64,000 nucleotides of DNA, from positions 160,489 to 224,488 of the forward strand of contig CAYVFE010000001.1 of the NCBI GenBank assembly GCA_964450885.1. Reading direction: 5' to 3'. The stretch's first letter is position 1. Each line of letters opens with the position of its first letter. This DNA comes from an uncultured Gammaproteobacteria bacterium (GTDB lineage Bacteria > Patescibacteriota > Microgenomatia > Levybacterales > GWA1-39-11). The position numbers were made by a program, and so were the translations under genes. Positions 19,534-27,961 of the stretch are shown here, piece by piece. Below the pieces are notes generated by a model, which was not told the DNA's origin, made no database searches, and saw only the letters and a program-made list of their open reading frames with translations.

Positions 19534-22443
19534 ATGTTTGGAGATTTATTTAAGAAAAAACAATACGAGCAAAATCCGGCGGCTCCTCAAAATCCGCAAG
19601 GACCATTTGCGCCTAATAATCAGTATCCTGTACAGCAAATGCAGCAGGGGCAAATGATGGGACAGCCTCAACAGATGCCAGCGCAAATGATGCCAAATCA
19701 AGGGATTGCTGGGTCGACGATGGATCCTGGAAAAAGGCAGAATGTAAATGCTCTTTCCCATTTAGATTCGCGCTCCAATCAGATACTTCAGCAGGCTCAG
19801 AGCGAAGCGAAGAAGTATCAGCATCCAGCGATAGAGCCAGATTTACTGCTTCTCTCTCTCACCTATGACAGAGAGATATATAAACTTTTGCAAAAGCATG
19901 AAGTGGATGTAGCATCCCTTGCAAAAGAAATAGAGTCCAAGCAGCAGGTAGGAACTGCGACAACTCCTCCTATTCTAAGTGAAAGTACTCAGCGTATTTT
20001 TGATGAATCTTATAAATTCGCTACAAAAAGAGCTTCAAGTTTTATTTCTCCGGAGGATTTGCTTTTGGCAGTCTTTTCATCGGAGGCGGCCCAAGCTCTT
20101 TTGACCTCAAAAGGAATCGATAAAAAAGATTTTGAGCAGACACTGGAAAAAGATTCAAAATTCAAGACCGGTAAAAAAAGCGTTATTGAGGAATATGGTA
20201 TAGATTTGACAGCTGAGGCTGGGAGCGGAAAGCTGGATCCAGTCGTCGGACGCGAGAAAGAAATAGAGAGGACGATTCATATATTGCTTCGAAGGAGCAA
20301 GAATAACCCAATCCTTATTGGAGAGGCGGGAGTAGGTAAAACTGCAATAGTTGAAGCACTCGCTCAGTTAATCGTAAAAAAGCAGGTCCCTAAGGATTTG
20401 CAGGATAAGAAAATAATTCAACTCGATCTAACATCGCTCATTGCGGGTGCATCTCATAGAGGGGAATTTGAGGAGAGGTTGAAAAACGTAATAAAAGAGG
20501 TGATGCTTTCTGAAGGAAGACTGCTGCTTTTCATCGATGAGATCCATACATTAATAGGTGCCGGAACTACTGATGGTGCGATGGATGCCTCAAATATTAT
20601 AAAGCCATATCTCGCGAGAGGGCAGTTGCAGCTGATCGGTACGACAACGACAGCAGAGTATAGAAAATATTTCGAGAAAGATAAAGCATTTCAAAGAAGA
20701 TTTCAGGCGATCATCATAGATGAGCCATCGATAGAGACCGCTATTGAGATGATGAAGGTTCTTCAGGTAAAGTATGAGAAATTTCATAACGTTACCATAA
20801 CGCCCGAAGCTATAGAGTATTCGGTTAAACTTTCTAAAAAGTATATTGGAGAACGATATTTACCTGATAAATCAATCGATCTTATAGACGAAGCGTCTGC
20901 TGAGGTAAAACTTATGGCTGCGGAGGGGAAGCGAAAAGATACTCAGGTGGTTCGATCTGACATAGAAAAAGTCGTAAGTGCTTGGACAGGAATACCCATA
21001 ACAAAGCTTACAGAGGATGAAAGCAAGAAGCTGTTAGGTCTTGAAGATCTGATCCATAAAAGACTTATAGATCAGGAGGAAGCTGTAAAATCCGTCTCAG
21101 AGGCGGTTAGACGCGGGCGTATAGGACTTGCCTCAGCAAATCGCCCGATTGCATCTTTTATATTTCTAGGCCCTACAGGAGTCGGTAAGACAGAGCTTGC
21201 AAAAACGCTTGCAGAAATTTTATTCGGCCGTGATGATGCGATGGTGAGGCTTGATATGTCTGAGTATATGGAAAAGCATGAGGTTGCAAAGCTTATCGGT
21301 GCACCCCCTGGGTACGTCGGTTATGAGGAAGGCGGACAGCTGACAGAGGCGGTTAGGCAAAAACCTTATTCTATAGTTCTGCTTGATGAGGTTGAGAAAG
21401 CACACCCTGACGTCTTTAATATTCTTTTGCAGCTTCTTGAGGATGGAAGACTTACAGATAATAAAGGAAATACTATATCATTTAAAAATACAATAGTTAT
21501 AGCTACATCAAATATTGGTAGTAAGCTTATCCAAGAGACTTTGACTACTCAAAAAGAAGTAAAGGCGCTATCTGTTGCTGCAGATAAAGATAGTAAAAAT
21601 GATAGGCAGAATGGTCAGGTTCAATCTGCTCAGCCGCAAGTTTCCCAGCCTCAATCCTCTGCTCCAAGCGACCAAAAGAAACCAGAGATGACAGAGGAGG
21701 AAAAAATCGATGAGAAAGTATTCAAAGAGCTCTCAAAAAATCTTATGGATGAGTTGATAAAGTTTTTCAGACCAGAGCTTATAAATCGTTTTGATGGGGT
21801 CGCAATATTTAAGCCACTAACAGAAAAGTATATGAATGCGATCGCCAAGTTAGGCATAAAAAATACCCAGAAATTACTCAAAGAACAGGGATTTGATCTT
21901 CAAATAACCGATAAGGCTATTGAAGTTCTGGCAAAGGATGGATTTGATCCCGTTTACGGAGCAAGACCCTTAAGACGTCTTATCCAAACAGTTATAGAAA
22001 ACCCGATAAGCATCGAGATAATCGGAAAAAAATTTATCCAAGGAGATATCATAATTGTTGATTATGATGAAGTTACTAAGAATTTTACCTTCAAAAAATC
22101 GCCTAATTCAAAAAGTTTGCAAAATAATTCTACGCAGCCAGGAGGAATTCCACAAAATCCTATAGATCCGAATATAGCTCCAGGTGATGCTTTGAATGTG
22201 AATGGTCAAATGCAAGGCCAACCAAATATGCAAAATGACATGAATGCAAATAATGGTTATCAGCAGGTTGGTCCGATACAAAATGGACAGGCGCAAATGC
22301 CACAACAGCAAAACGGTGGCATGATAGTAGATCCGGCAGCGCCAATTACCCAAGATCCTGCTCCCGCTCCTCCTCCTGTTGACCCGACAACGGGAGAGGC
22401 TATGACGATGGCAGTTAACGGAAATAATCAGAATCAATTATGA
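19534..22443 (+). CDS. Hsp100/Clp ATPase with two AAA+ modules, no middle domain, Q/N/P-rich termini
   Basis: Clp N-domain repeats, GEAGVGKT/FIDEIH, GPTGVGKT/LLDEVEK, PPGYVGY, YGARPLRR; start placed at ATG 19534, 6 nt after TATAAT. Confidence 0.93.
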   Translation: MFGDLFKKKQYEQNPAAPQNPQGPFAPNNQYPVQQMQQGQMMGQPQQMPAQMMPNQGIAGSTMDPGKRQNVNALSHLDSRSNQILQQAQSEAKKYQHPAIEPDLLLLSLTYDREIYKLLQKHEVDVASLAKEIESKQQVGTATTPPILSESTQRIFDESYKFATKRASSFISPEDLLLAVFSSEAAQALLTSKGIDKKDFEQTLEKDSKFKTGKKSVIEEYGIDLTAEAGSGKLDPVVGREKEIERTIHILLRRSKNNPILIGEAGVGKTAIVEALAQLIVKKQVPKDLQDKKIIQLDLTSLIAGASHRGEFEERLKNVIKEVMLSEGRLLLFIDEIHTLIGAGTTDGAMDASNIIKPYLARGQLQLIGTTTTAEYRKYFEKDKAFQRRFQAIIIDEPSIETAIEMMKVLQVKYEKFHNVTITPEAIEYSVKLSKKYIGERYLPDKSIDLIDEASAEVKLMAAEGKRKDTQVVRSDIEKVVSAWTGIPITKLTEDESKKLLGLEDLIHKRLIDQEEAVKSVSEAVRRGRIGLASANRPIASFIFLGPTGVGKTELAKTLAEILFGRDDAMVRLDMSEYMEKHEVAKLIGAPPGYVGYEEGGQLTEAVRQKPYSIVLLDEVEKAHPDVFNILLQLLEDGRLTDNKGNTISFKNTIVIATSNIGSKLIQETLTTQKEVKALSVAADKDSKNDRQNGQVQSAQPQVSQPQSSAPSDQKKPEMTEEEKIDEKVFKELSKNLMDELIKFFRPELINRFDGVAIFKPLTEKYMNAIAKLGIKNTQKLLKEQGFDLQITDKAIEVLAKDGFDPVYGARPLRRLIQTVIENPISIEIIGKKFIQGDIIIVDYDEVTKNFTFKKSPNSKSLQNNSTQPGGIPQNPIDPNIAPGDALNVNGQMQGQPNMQNDMNANNGYQQVGPIQNGQAQMPQQQNGGMIVDPAAPITQDPAPAPPPVDPTTGEAMTMAVNGNNQNQL

Positions 22444-22895
22444 TAAGAAATCTTTCAATAAAAAATAAAAAGTTGATAATAGTTTTGATATTTATAGCTG
22501 TTCTTATTCCTATAATAATATTTATTACAGCTTCAGTAGCTAAGTCAAATTCAAAAATTGATGACATAGCACCTACTCCTATCGATGAGATTCCAAGTGA
22601 GGAGGATGAAAATGCTTACGAATTAGAGCTTCTCGTAGGTGTTCCTACTATCATACCCGGGACTGATATAGAGCTCAAATTAGTCTCAACAAGTAATCAG
22701 CCTGCTGATTGTTTCGATTGTATAGCTTTGACAATAGTCGAGGTGCAAAGCGCAGGAGAAGTGGCTGTCTGGGACTATGCCTGCGGAGGATTTTCGGGGG
22801 AGTGTAATTATCAATTCAAAAAATTTGGATATGTAATCGAAGCCTTAGACTTGAAGATTGATTCGATGGTAGTAAAAGTTTATCCGGAAGAGTGA
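22440..22895 (+). CDS. Hypothetical membrane-anchored protein with four Cys
   Basis: N-terminal TM, DCFDC and CGGFSGEC; 4-nt overlaps with both neighbours. Confidence 0.7.
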   Translation: MIRNLSIKNKKLIIVLIFIAVLIPIIIFITASVAKSNSKIDDIAPTPIDEIPSEEDENAYELELLVGVPTIIPGTDIELKLVSTSNQPADCFDCIALTIVEVQSAGEVAVWDYACGGFSGECNYQFKKFGYVIEALDLKIDSMVVKVYPEE

Positions 22896-25800
22896 TGAAG
22901 AATAATATCCCCCAACCCGTGATATTTGGGATCATCGGGCTAGTTCTGTTTGCGATAGCCTTTTTCGCAATCCTTATTAGTTTGAATAATAATCCCAAAG
23001 CGAATGTGTCGATTTCCGGAGATGATACTATCCGGGAAATTACTGTCAAATATCCAGAGAGCGGATATATAGCCAGATCTACAAATGAGAATGCGGCAAG
23101 AGAGTATTTAGCTGAAAGCGGAATTGTAGGCGAGTCATATATAGATAATTCGGAGATAGCAAGGTCGGTTGAAGACGAAGATGATAGTAGTAGTTCAAGC
23201 GAACATAACATTCAAGTTCCTGCCAGTCATTATTTCTTTCAACAGTATATCGATGGAGTAGCAGTTCAGGACTCTATTTTAGGAGTCCATGTTCGCAATA
23301 ACAATGAAGTGTATTATGTTTCTGGAAATGCGCTGGTTACGTTTGATGTCGAAAGTGAGAATATTACTGTTGAAGAGGCCGTAAGTAAGGCGGTTGATGA
23401 AGCAAAAAAAGAAGTAGGTGAAACAGTAGATATGGAGCTGTCTACCGCAGAAAAAGTGATCTATAACAGTAAACTAATAGGTCTGTCTAGCGACAATAGA
23501 AATATCCCGACAGTAAAAGTGACAGTGAGCACTGAGGCAAATTCTTTAAATTTTGCCAAAGAGTATTTTATATCCCTTATAGATGGGGAAAAACTTGAAG
23601 AAAGAACACTCATTTTTCACGCACTCAACAGAACTATATTTGACTGTGGCGGATCCCAAACTTCGTGTTCGCAGGTTAGAAGCGAAGGAGCGCCTCCATA
23701 TGGAGCCAGGGATATAGATGACGGATATAATTACTTTGGCGATACATATAATTTCTATTTCAATAACTACCAAAGAGATAGTTATGACGGCAATGGTGCC
23801 CAGCTAAGAGGATATATGAACTATTATACGGGGAGTCCTAATGCAGGATGGGATTCGAAAGCTGGCAGGATGATCTATAGCTCGAATATGGTGACCCCAG
23901 ATATCACCGGACATGAGCTGACTCATGCAGTAACATCTTCTACAGCAGGGCTAATATACAACGCTCAATCAGGAGCCATAAATGAGGGGATGTCTGATGT
24001 GTTCGGGTGGGCTGTTGATCCTAACGATTGGACTTTGGGTGAAGGGTCTGCTTTGGGGGTCATAAGATCTTTAAGTAATCCCCCCTCCCATAATCAACCA
24101 GATAGACTTTTCGCATCTAACTATTGGTGCAGTTCAGCTGATAACTACGGTGTACATCAGAATAGCGGAATAATAAATAAAACCTTCTATCTATTAGTAG
24201 AAGGTGGCTCATTTAATACATGTAACGTATCTTCGATCGGCAAAGATAGAGCGCTGGCGATATTCTATCGCGCTTTAACCCGATATCTGACTCCGTCTTC
24301 TAATCTAAAAAATCTATATGATTCCTTACTACAATCATGTAACGATTTGTATGCAGGTGATGCGGGAGTTTGTGAGCAGGTAGATATTGCTTCACAGGCA
24401 ACAGAGATAGATCAACAGCCTGCTGGAAGCCAGTCAGGACCTGTGTGTTCTGGAAATTCTGGACAACCTCCTAAGTGCTCTGGAAATCAGGGAGGAACGA
24501 TTCCGACATCAGTACCGAACCAGCCAACATTAACACCAACGTCTGGAGCTCAGGTGAGATATTATATTTCAGGTAGGATATATCAAGATAATAACGGTAA
24601 TACCCAATATGATACCAGTGACACTCCATTGAGCAATCAGTCGGTGGGTCTTTCTGGGAGTTTTACAGACACCGTCAGTACGCTTTCTGATGGGACATTT
24701 ATTTTCGATAACCTTTTTAACGGAACATTCAATGTTTCTTATGATAGTAGTGCAAGAAATGATATCTCGCTTTCCCAGACGCAGAGTGCGGTGAGCGTCA
24801 ATTTTATCGTGACCAAGGATCCGTTAAATCCGACGCCAACTATAGTAGCTGGTCCTACATCCGTTCCTACGACTCCAACCCCTGCTGCATCCACCCCTAC
24901 CCCTGTATCTGCTACCACGATCCCTACTCCTACAACACCGATCCTATACACATGTGAGTATGATCCGAAATGTGCCACTGGAAAAAAGAATATACAGCTA
25001 TGTCCGCTTGTATGCACAGAGAAATTTGGCGATGGGGGAGGCGGGCGTGGAGGCTCGTCAATTCCTCCAGCACCTACGAGTACTCCTGGTGGCGGATCAG
25101 TGCCAACGTCTACTCCGCAGCCTGGTCAGGTGGCTACATCTACTCCTATTACTGGAAATGGGCAAGGTGCACCCTTGGATGTAGGGAGTCTCGTAAATGA
25201 TGTTTCGGAATCAAATATCAGAAACTATATGCAAAGTCTTGTTGATGATGATGATATCGCGGGGGATGACCAGTCACAAACAAGATACACCTCTACGAAT
25301 GGGAATCAGACAGAGGCAAATTATATATACAATACCCTTCAAGGTTTTGGATTAAACGTGGAGTATCAGCAATTTAATTTTTCCGGCAATACTACAAGAA
25401 ATATAATCGGGAAAGTTCCTGGGAAAGATGCAAATAGAGTTTATTTAGTTACAGCTCATATGGACTCGACATCCGGCTCGACTGATCCTGCTCCAGGCGC
25501 AGACGATAATGCCAGTGGGACAGTAGCAGTTATGGAGGCAGCAAGGGTACTAAAGACCATGCAGGACAAGTTGAATGTTTCGCTAGAATTTATTTTGTTC
25601 TCCGGGGAAGAGCAAGGGCTTTATGGGAGTTCGTATTATGCAGGAAATATTCCTTCAGGGAAAAAAATAGAGGGAGTTATAAATTTGGATATGATAGGAA
25701 ACGATTCAGGGAGCGCGTGTGTGAATTTTGGATATAAAAATTATAATGGTGGAGATATCATGTCAAACAAGATAATAGAGATGATCCAGAAGTATAATAT

Positions 25801-26014
25801 AAATCTTGGGGGATCATCTGTCTCCACATCAAATGCCAGAAGTGATCATGCTCCATTCTGGAGTAGAGGAATTCCAGCAATCTTTGGACATGAATGTACA
25901 TTTAGCTCTGTATACCATAGTACTAACGACAAGATCGAATTTATCAATTTTGCACAAATAACAAATACTGCAAAAGGAGTAGTTGCTGCGGTTGCAGAAT
26001 TATCAACACAATGA
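22892..26014 (+). CDS. Secreted/anchored double metallopeptidase: M4 (thermolysin-like) fused to M28 aminopeptidase
   Basis: FTP/PepSY-like prodomain, GHELTH, GAINEGMSD, GVHQNSG (M4); SdrD-B-like ISGRIYQDNNGN; TAHMDS, GADDNASG, GEEQGL, NLDM, RSDH, YH (M28). Confidence 0.92.
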   Translation: MMKNNIPQPVIFGIIGLVLFAIAFFAILISLNNNPKANVSISGDDTIREITVKYPESGYIARSTNENAAREYLAESGIVGESYIDNSEIARSVEDEDDSSSSSEHNIQVPASHYFFQQYIDGVAVQDSILGVHVRNNNEVYYVSGNALVTFDVESENITVEEAVSKAVDEAKKEVGETVDMELSTAEKVIYNSKLIGLSSDNRNIPTVKVTVSTEANSLNFAKEYFISLIDGEKLEERTLIFHALNRTIFDCGGSQTSCSQVRSEGAPPYGARDIDDGYNYFGDTYNFYFNNYQRDSYDGNGAQLRGYMNYYTGSPNAGWDSKAGRMIYSSNMVTPDITGHELTHAVTSSTAGLIYNAQSGAINEGMSDVFGWAVDPNDWTLGEGSALGVIRSLSNPPSHNQPDRLFASNYWCSSADNYGVHQNSGIINKTFYLLVEGGSFNTCNVSSIGKDRALAIFYRALTRYLTPSSNLKNLYDSLLQSCNDLYAGDAGVCEQVDIASQATEIDQQPAGSQSGPVCSGNSGQPPKCSGNQGGTIPTSVPNQPTLTPTSGAQVRYYISGRIYQDNNGNTQYDTSDTPLSNQSVGLSGSFTDTVSTLSDGTFIFDNLFNGTFNVSYDSSARNDISLSQTQSAVSVNFIVTKDPLNPTPTIVAGPTSVPTTPTPAASTPTPVSATTIPTPTTPILYTCEYDPKCATGKKNIQLCPLVCTEKFGDGGGGRGGSSIPPAPTSTPGGGSVPTSTPQPGQVATSTPITGNGQGAPLDVGSLVNDVSESNIRNYMQSLVDDDDIAGDDQSQTRYTSTNGNQTEANYIYNTLQGFGLNVEYQQFNFSGNTTRNIIGKVPGKDANRVYLVTAHMDSTSGSTDPAPGADDNASGTVAVMEAARVLKTMQDKLNVSLEFILFSGEEQGLYGSSYYAGNIPSGKKIEGVINLDMIGNDSGSACVNFGYKNYNGGDIMSNKIIEMIQKYNINLGGSSVSTSNARSDHAPFWSRGIPAIFGHECTFSSVYHSTNDKIEFINFAQITNTAKGVVAAVAELSTQ

Positions 26015-26646
26015 AAAAAATACTACTGATATTAACTCTATTTCTACTGGCATTTTTATTTTTTAGAGGAGAGGGGTATGCACAAGAGAATGGAGGAATA
26101 CTTGTTGTTACAGTTTATGAGACTAGAGAGGATATAGATATATTATTTGAAAATAGCCTTAGGGTCCTCGAGTACCTAGAGGGCGTCGATGTAGAGGAGC
26201 CGATATTTTTATCTCTTGTGAGTGATCAGCAGATAAAAAATCTACAAGACAACAATCTAGATCCACAAGTTATTGATGATAATGCTGATCTTGATTCCTA
26301 CATTCTTTTGTATAATCCTTTAGAAAATCAGGGAGAGAAGCTTTCTGGTTTTGGTGAACCTATAGAAATATCCAAACACTATACGCTTCTCAAGCTATCT
26401 CCTGGTCAGGAATTCTCCCATGAGGGAGAAGGTGTTGCTTTTTTCGATATTCCATTTCAAGAGGTTGTTGTTACTCCTCCGCTTAGAACGAAAACAGCAA
26501 CTGAAGCTATAGATGTAGCTACTGAAAATGAGCAAAGCATAAATCCTGTAATATTTGTAATTTTAGCGATAGTTATAGTAGGTTTGGGAATAGGGGCATT
26601 TTTCTTCATAAGAAATAAAAGAAACGGTGATTATCAGCCTCAATAA
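26011..26646 (+). CDS. Hypothetical exported acidic protein with C-terminal TM anchor
   Basis: Signal peptide (GYA|Q), C-terminal TM followed by RNKR; ATGA overlap with the protease gene. Confidence 0.72.
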   Translation: MKKILLILTLFLLAFLFFRGEGYAQENGGILVVTVYETREDIDILFENSLRVLEYLEGVDVEEPIFLSLVSDQQIKNLQDNNLDPQVIDDNADLDSYILLYNPLENQGEKLSGFGEPIEISKHYTLLKLSPGQEFSHEGEGVAFFDIPFQEVVVTPPLRTKTATEAIDVATENEQSINPVIFVILAIVIVGLGIGAFFFIRNKRNGDYQPQ

Positions 26647-26649
26647 TTT

Positions 26650-26676
26650 CTAGCAATCGACTTGCTTTTTTGCTAA
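26650..26676 (+). promoter_or_regulatory. Degenerate CIRCE-like site overlapping the dnaJ -10
   Basis: CTAGCAATC-N9-TTTTGCTAA keeps the TAGCA-N15-TGCTA spacing; overlaps TGcTAAAAT 26671-26679. Confidence 0.6.
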
Positions 26677-26690
26677 AATAAAGGCTTACT

Positions 26691-27557
26691 ATGGCAAAAG
26701 ATTTTTATGATGTTTTGGGCGTGAAAAAAGGGGCAAGTCCTGAGGAGCTTAAAAAAGCCTATAGGAAGCTTGCTGTCGAGTTTCATCCTGACAAGAACAA
26801 ATCGAAAGAGGCAGAAGGCAAATTCAAGGAGATAAACGAAGCCTATGAAGTGCTTTCAAATCCTGCGAAGCGCCAAAATTATGATCAATTCGGATCTAGC
26901 GGAGCTCAAGGCAGCGGACCTTTTTCGGGTGGAAATCCATTTGGTGGCGGAGGTGGTCAAGGTCCATTCAAATACTATTATTCTTCAAGCGGGGGAGGCT
27001 CACAGGGATTTGATTTCGGTGGGACAGATCCTTTCGATATTTTCGAACAATTTTTTGGTGGGGCTTCTCCTTTCGGTCGGCAAAAACCGTCATATTCTCT
27101 TGCTATCGATTTTATGGATGCGGTAAAGGGAGTAACAAAAAGAATCGACTTGAATGGAAAAAAAAGAGATATAAAAATTCCAGCCGGAATAAACTCTGGG
27201 CAAAGAATTAGATTTGATGATTTTGATATTGTAATTGATGTAAGACCTGACGATTTTTTTGAGCGCCGTGGCGCAGATGTATTCTCCGAAGAAGATGTGC
27301 CATTTACTATGGCGATTCTGGGGGGAGTAAAGGAAATAAGGTCGTTAGAAGGTAAGGTTAAGCTTAAGATTCCAGGAGGAACCCAGCCGGATACGTTGAT
27401 AAGGATTAAAGATAAGGGAATAAAGGAGATCAATGGAAGAGGGCATGGTAGCCACTTTGTAAGAGTAAAGGTGGAGATACCAAATAAGATAAATTCCAAG
27501 CAGAAAAAACTCATTGAGGAATTTGAGCAGGAGAGCTCAAAAAAGGGTTGGTTCTAA
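26691..27557 (+). CDS. dnaJ: J-domain co-chaperone, class B (no zinc finger)
   Basis: J domain with HPD, G/F-rich region with DIFEQFF, DnaJ C-terminal domain; no CxxCxGxG repeats. Confidence 0.9.
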   Translation: MAKDFYDVLGVKKGASPEELKKAYRKLAVEFHPDKNKSKEAEGKFKEINEAYEVLSNPAKRQNYDQFGSSGAQGSGPFSGGNPFGGGGGQGPFKYYYSSSGGGSQGFDFGGTDPFDIFEQFFGGASPFGRQKPSYSLAIDFMDAVKGVTKRIDLNGKKRDIKIPAGINSGQRIRFDDFDIVIDVRPDDFFERRGADVFSEEDVPFTMAILGGVKEIRSLEGKVKLKIPGGTQPDTLIRIKDKGIKEINGRGHGSHFVRVKVEIPNKINSKQKKLIEEFEQESSKKGWF

Positions 27558-27607
27558 GATTCTTCGAGCTTGATTTGAGGTTTAACTATCCCTAAACTAG
27601 ATATAGG

Positions 27608-27961
27608 ATGAAAACTGCCCTGATGTATCCATTTGAGCTATTAATATTTTGGTATCATGATATTTGTCTGGGTGCGATAGATTATTTTACCCGCCTAAAT
27701 TCGTATATTTTGCAGGTTCTCTCTACGCCACTGCTTTTGAGAACATTCTTCAAGCCTCTCAAGAACGAGTACAGAAAGGGGCTCGTACTGTTCTCGATAG
27801 TCTTTGGAATTCTCGTGAAGACTTTTTTGATCGGATTTTCACTGACGGTCCTGTTGGTCCTTATAGTCATTGAGCTTTTTATTGTGGCGCTACTTTTTTT
27901 GTCGCCAATAATCTTAATCTATTTATTATATGCAGGAGAAAATATTTTTCAATTTATATAG
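27608..27961 (+). CDS. Small membrane protein, putative partner of the downstream Clp ATPase
   Basis: LLLRTFFKPLKNEY followed by a long hydrophobic segment; overlaps the next gene; TTGATT-17-TAAACT promoter upstream. Confidence 0.75.
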   Translation: MKTALMYPFELLIFWYHDICLGAIDYFTRLNSYILQVLSTPLLLRTFFKPLKNEYRKGLVLFSIVFGILVKTFLIGFSLTVLLVLIVIELFIVALLFLSPIILIYLLYAGENIFQFI

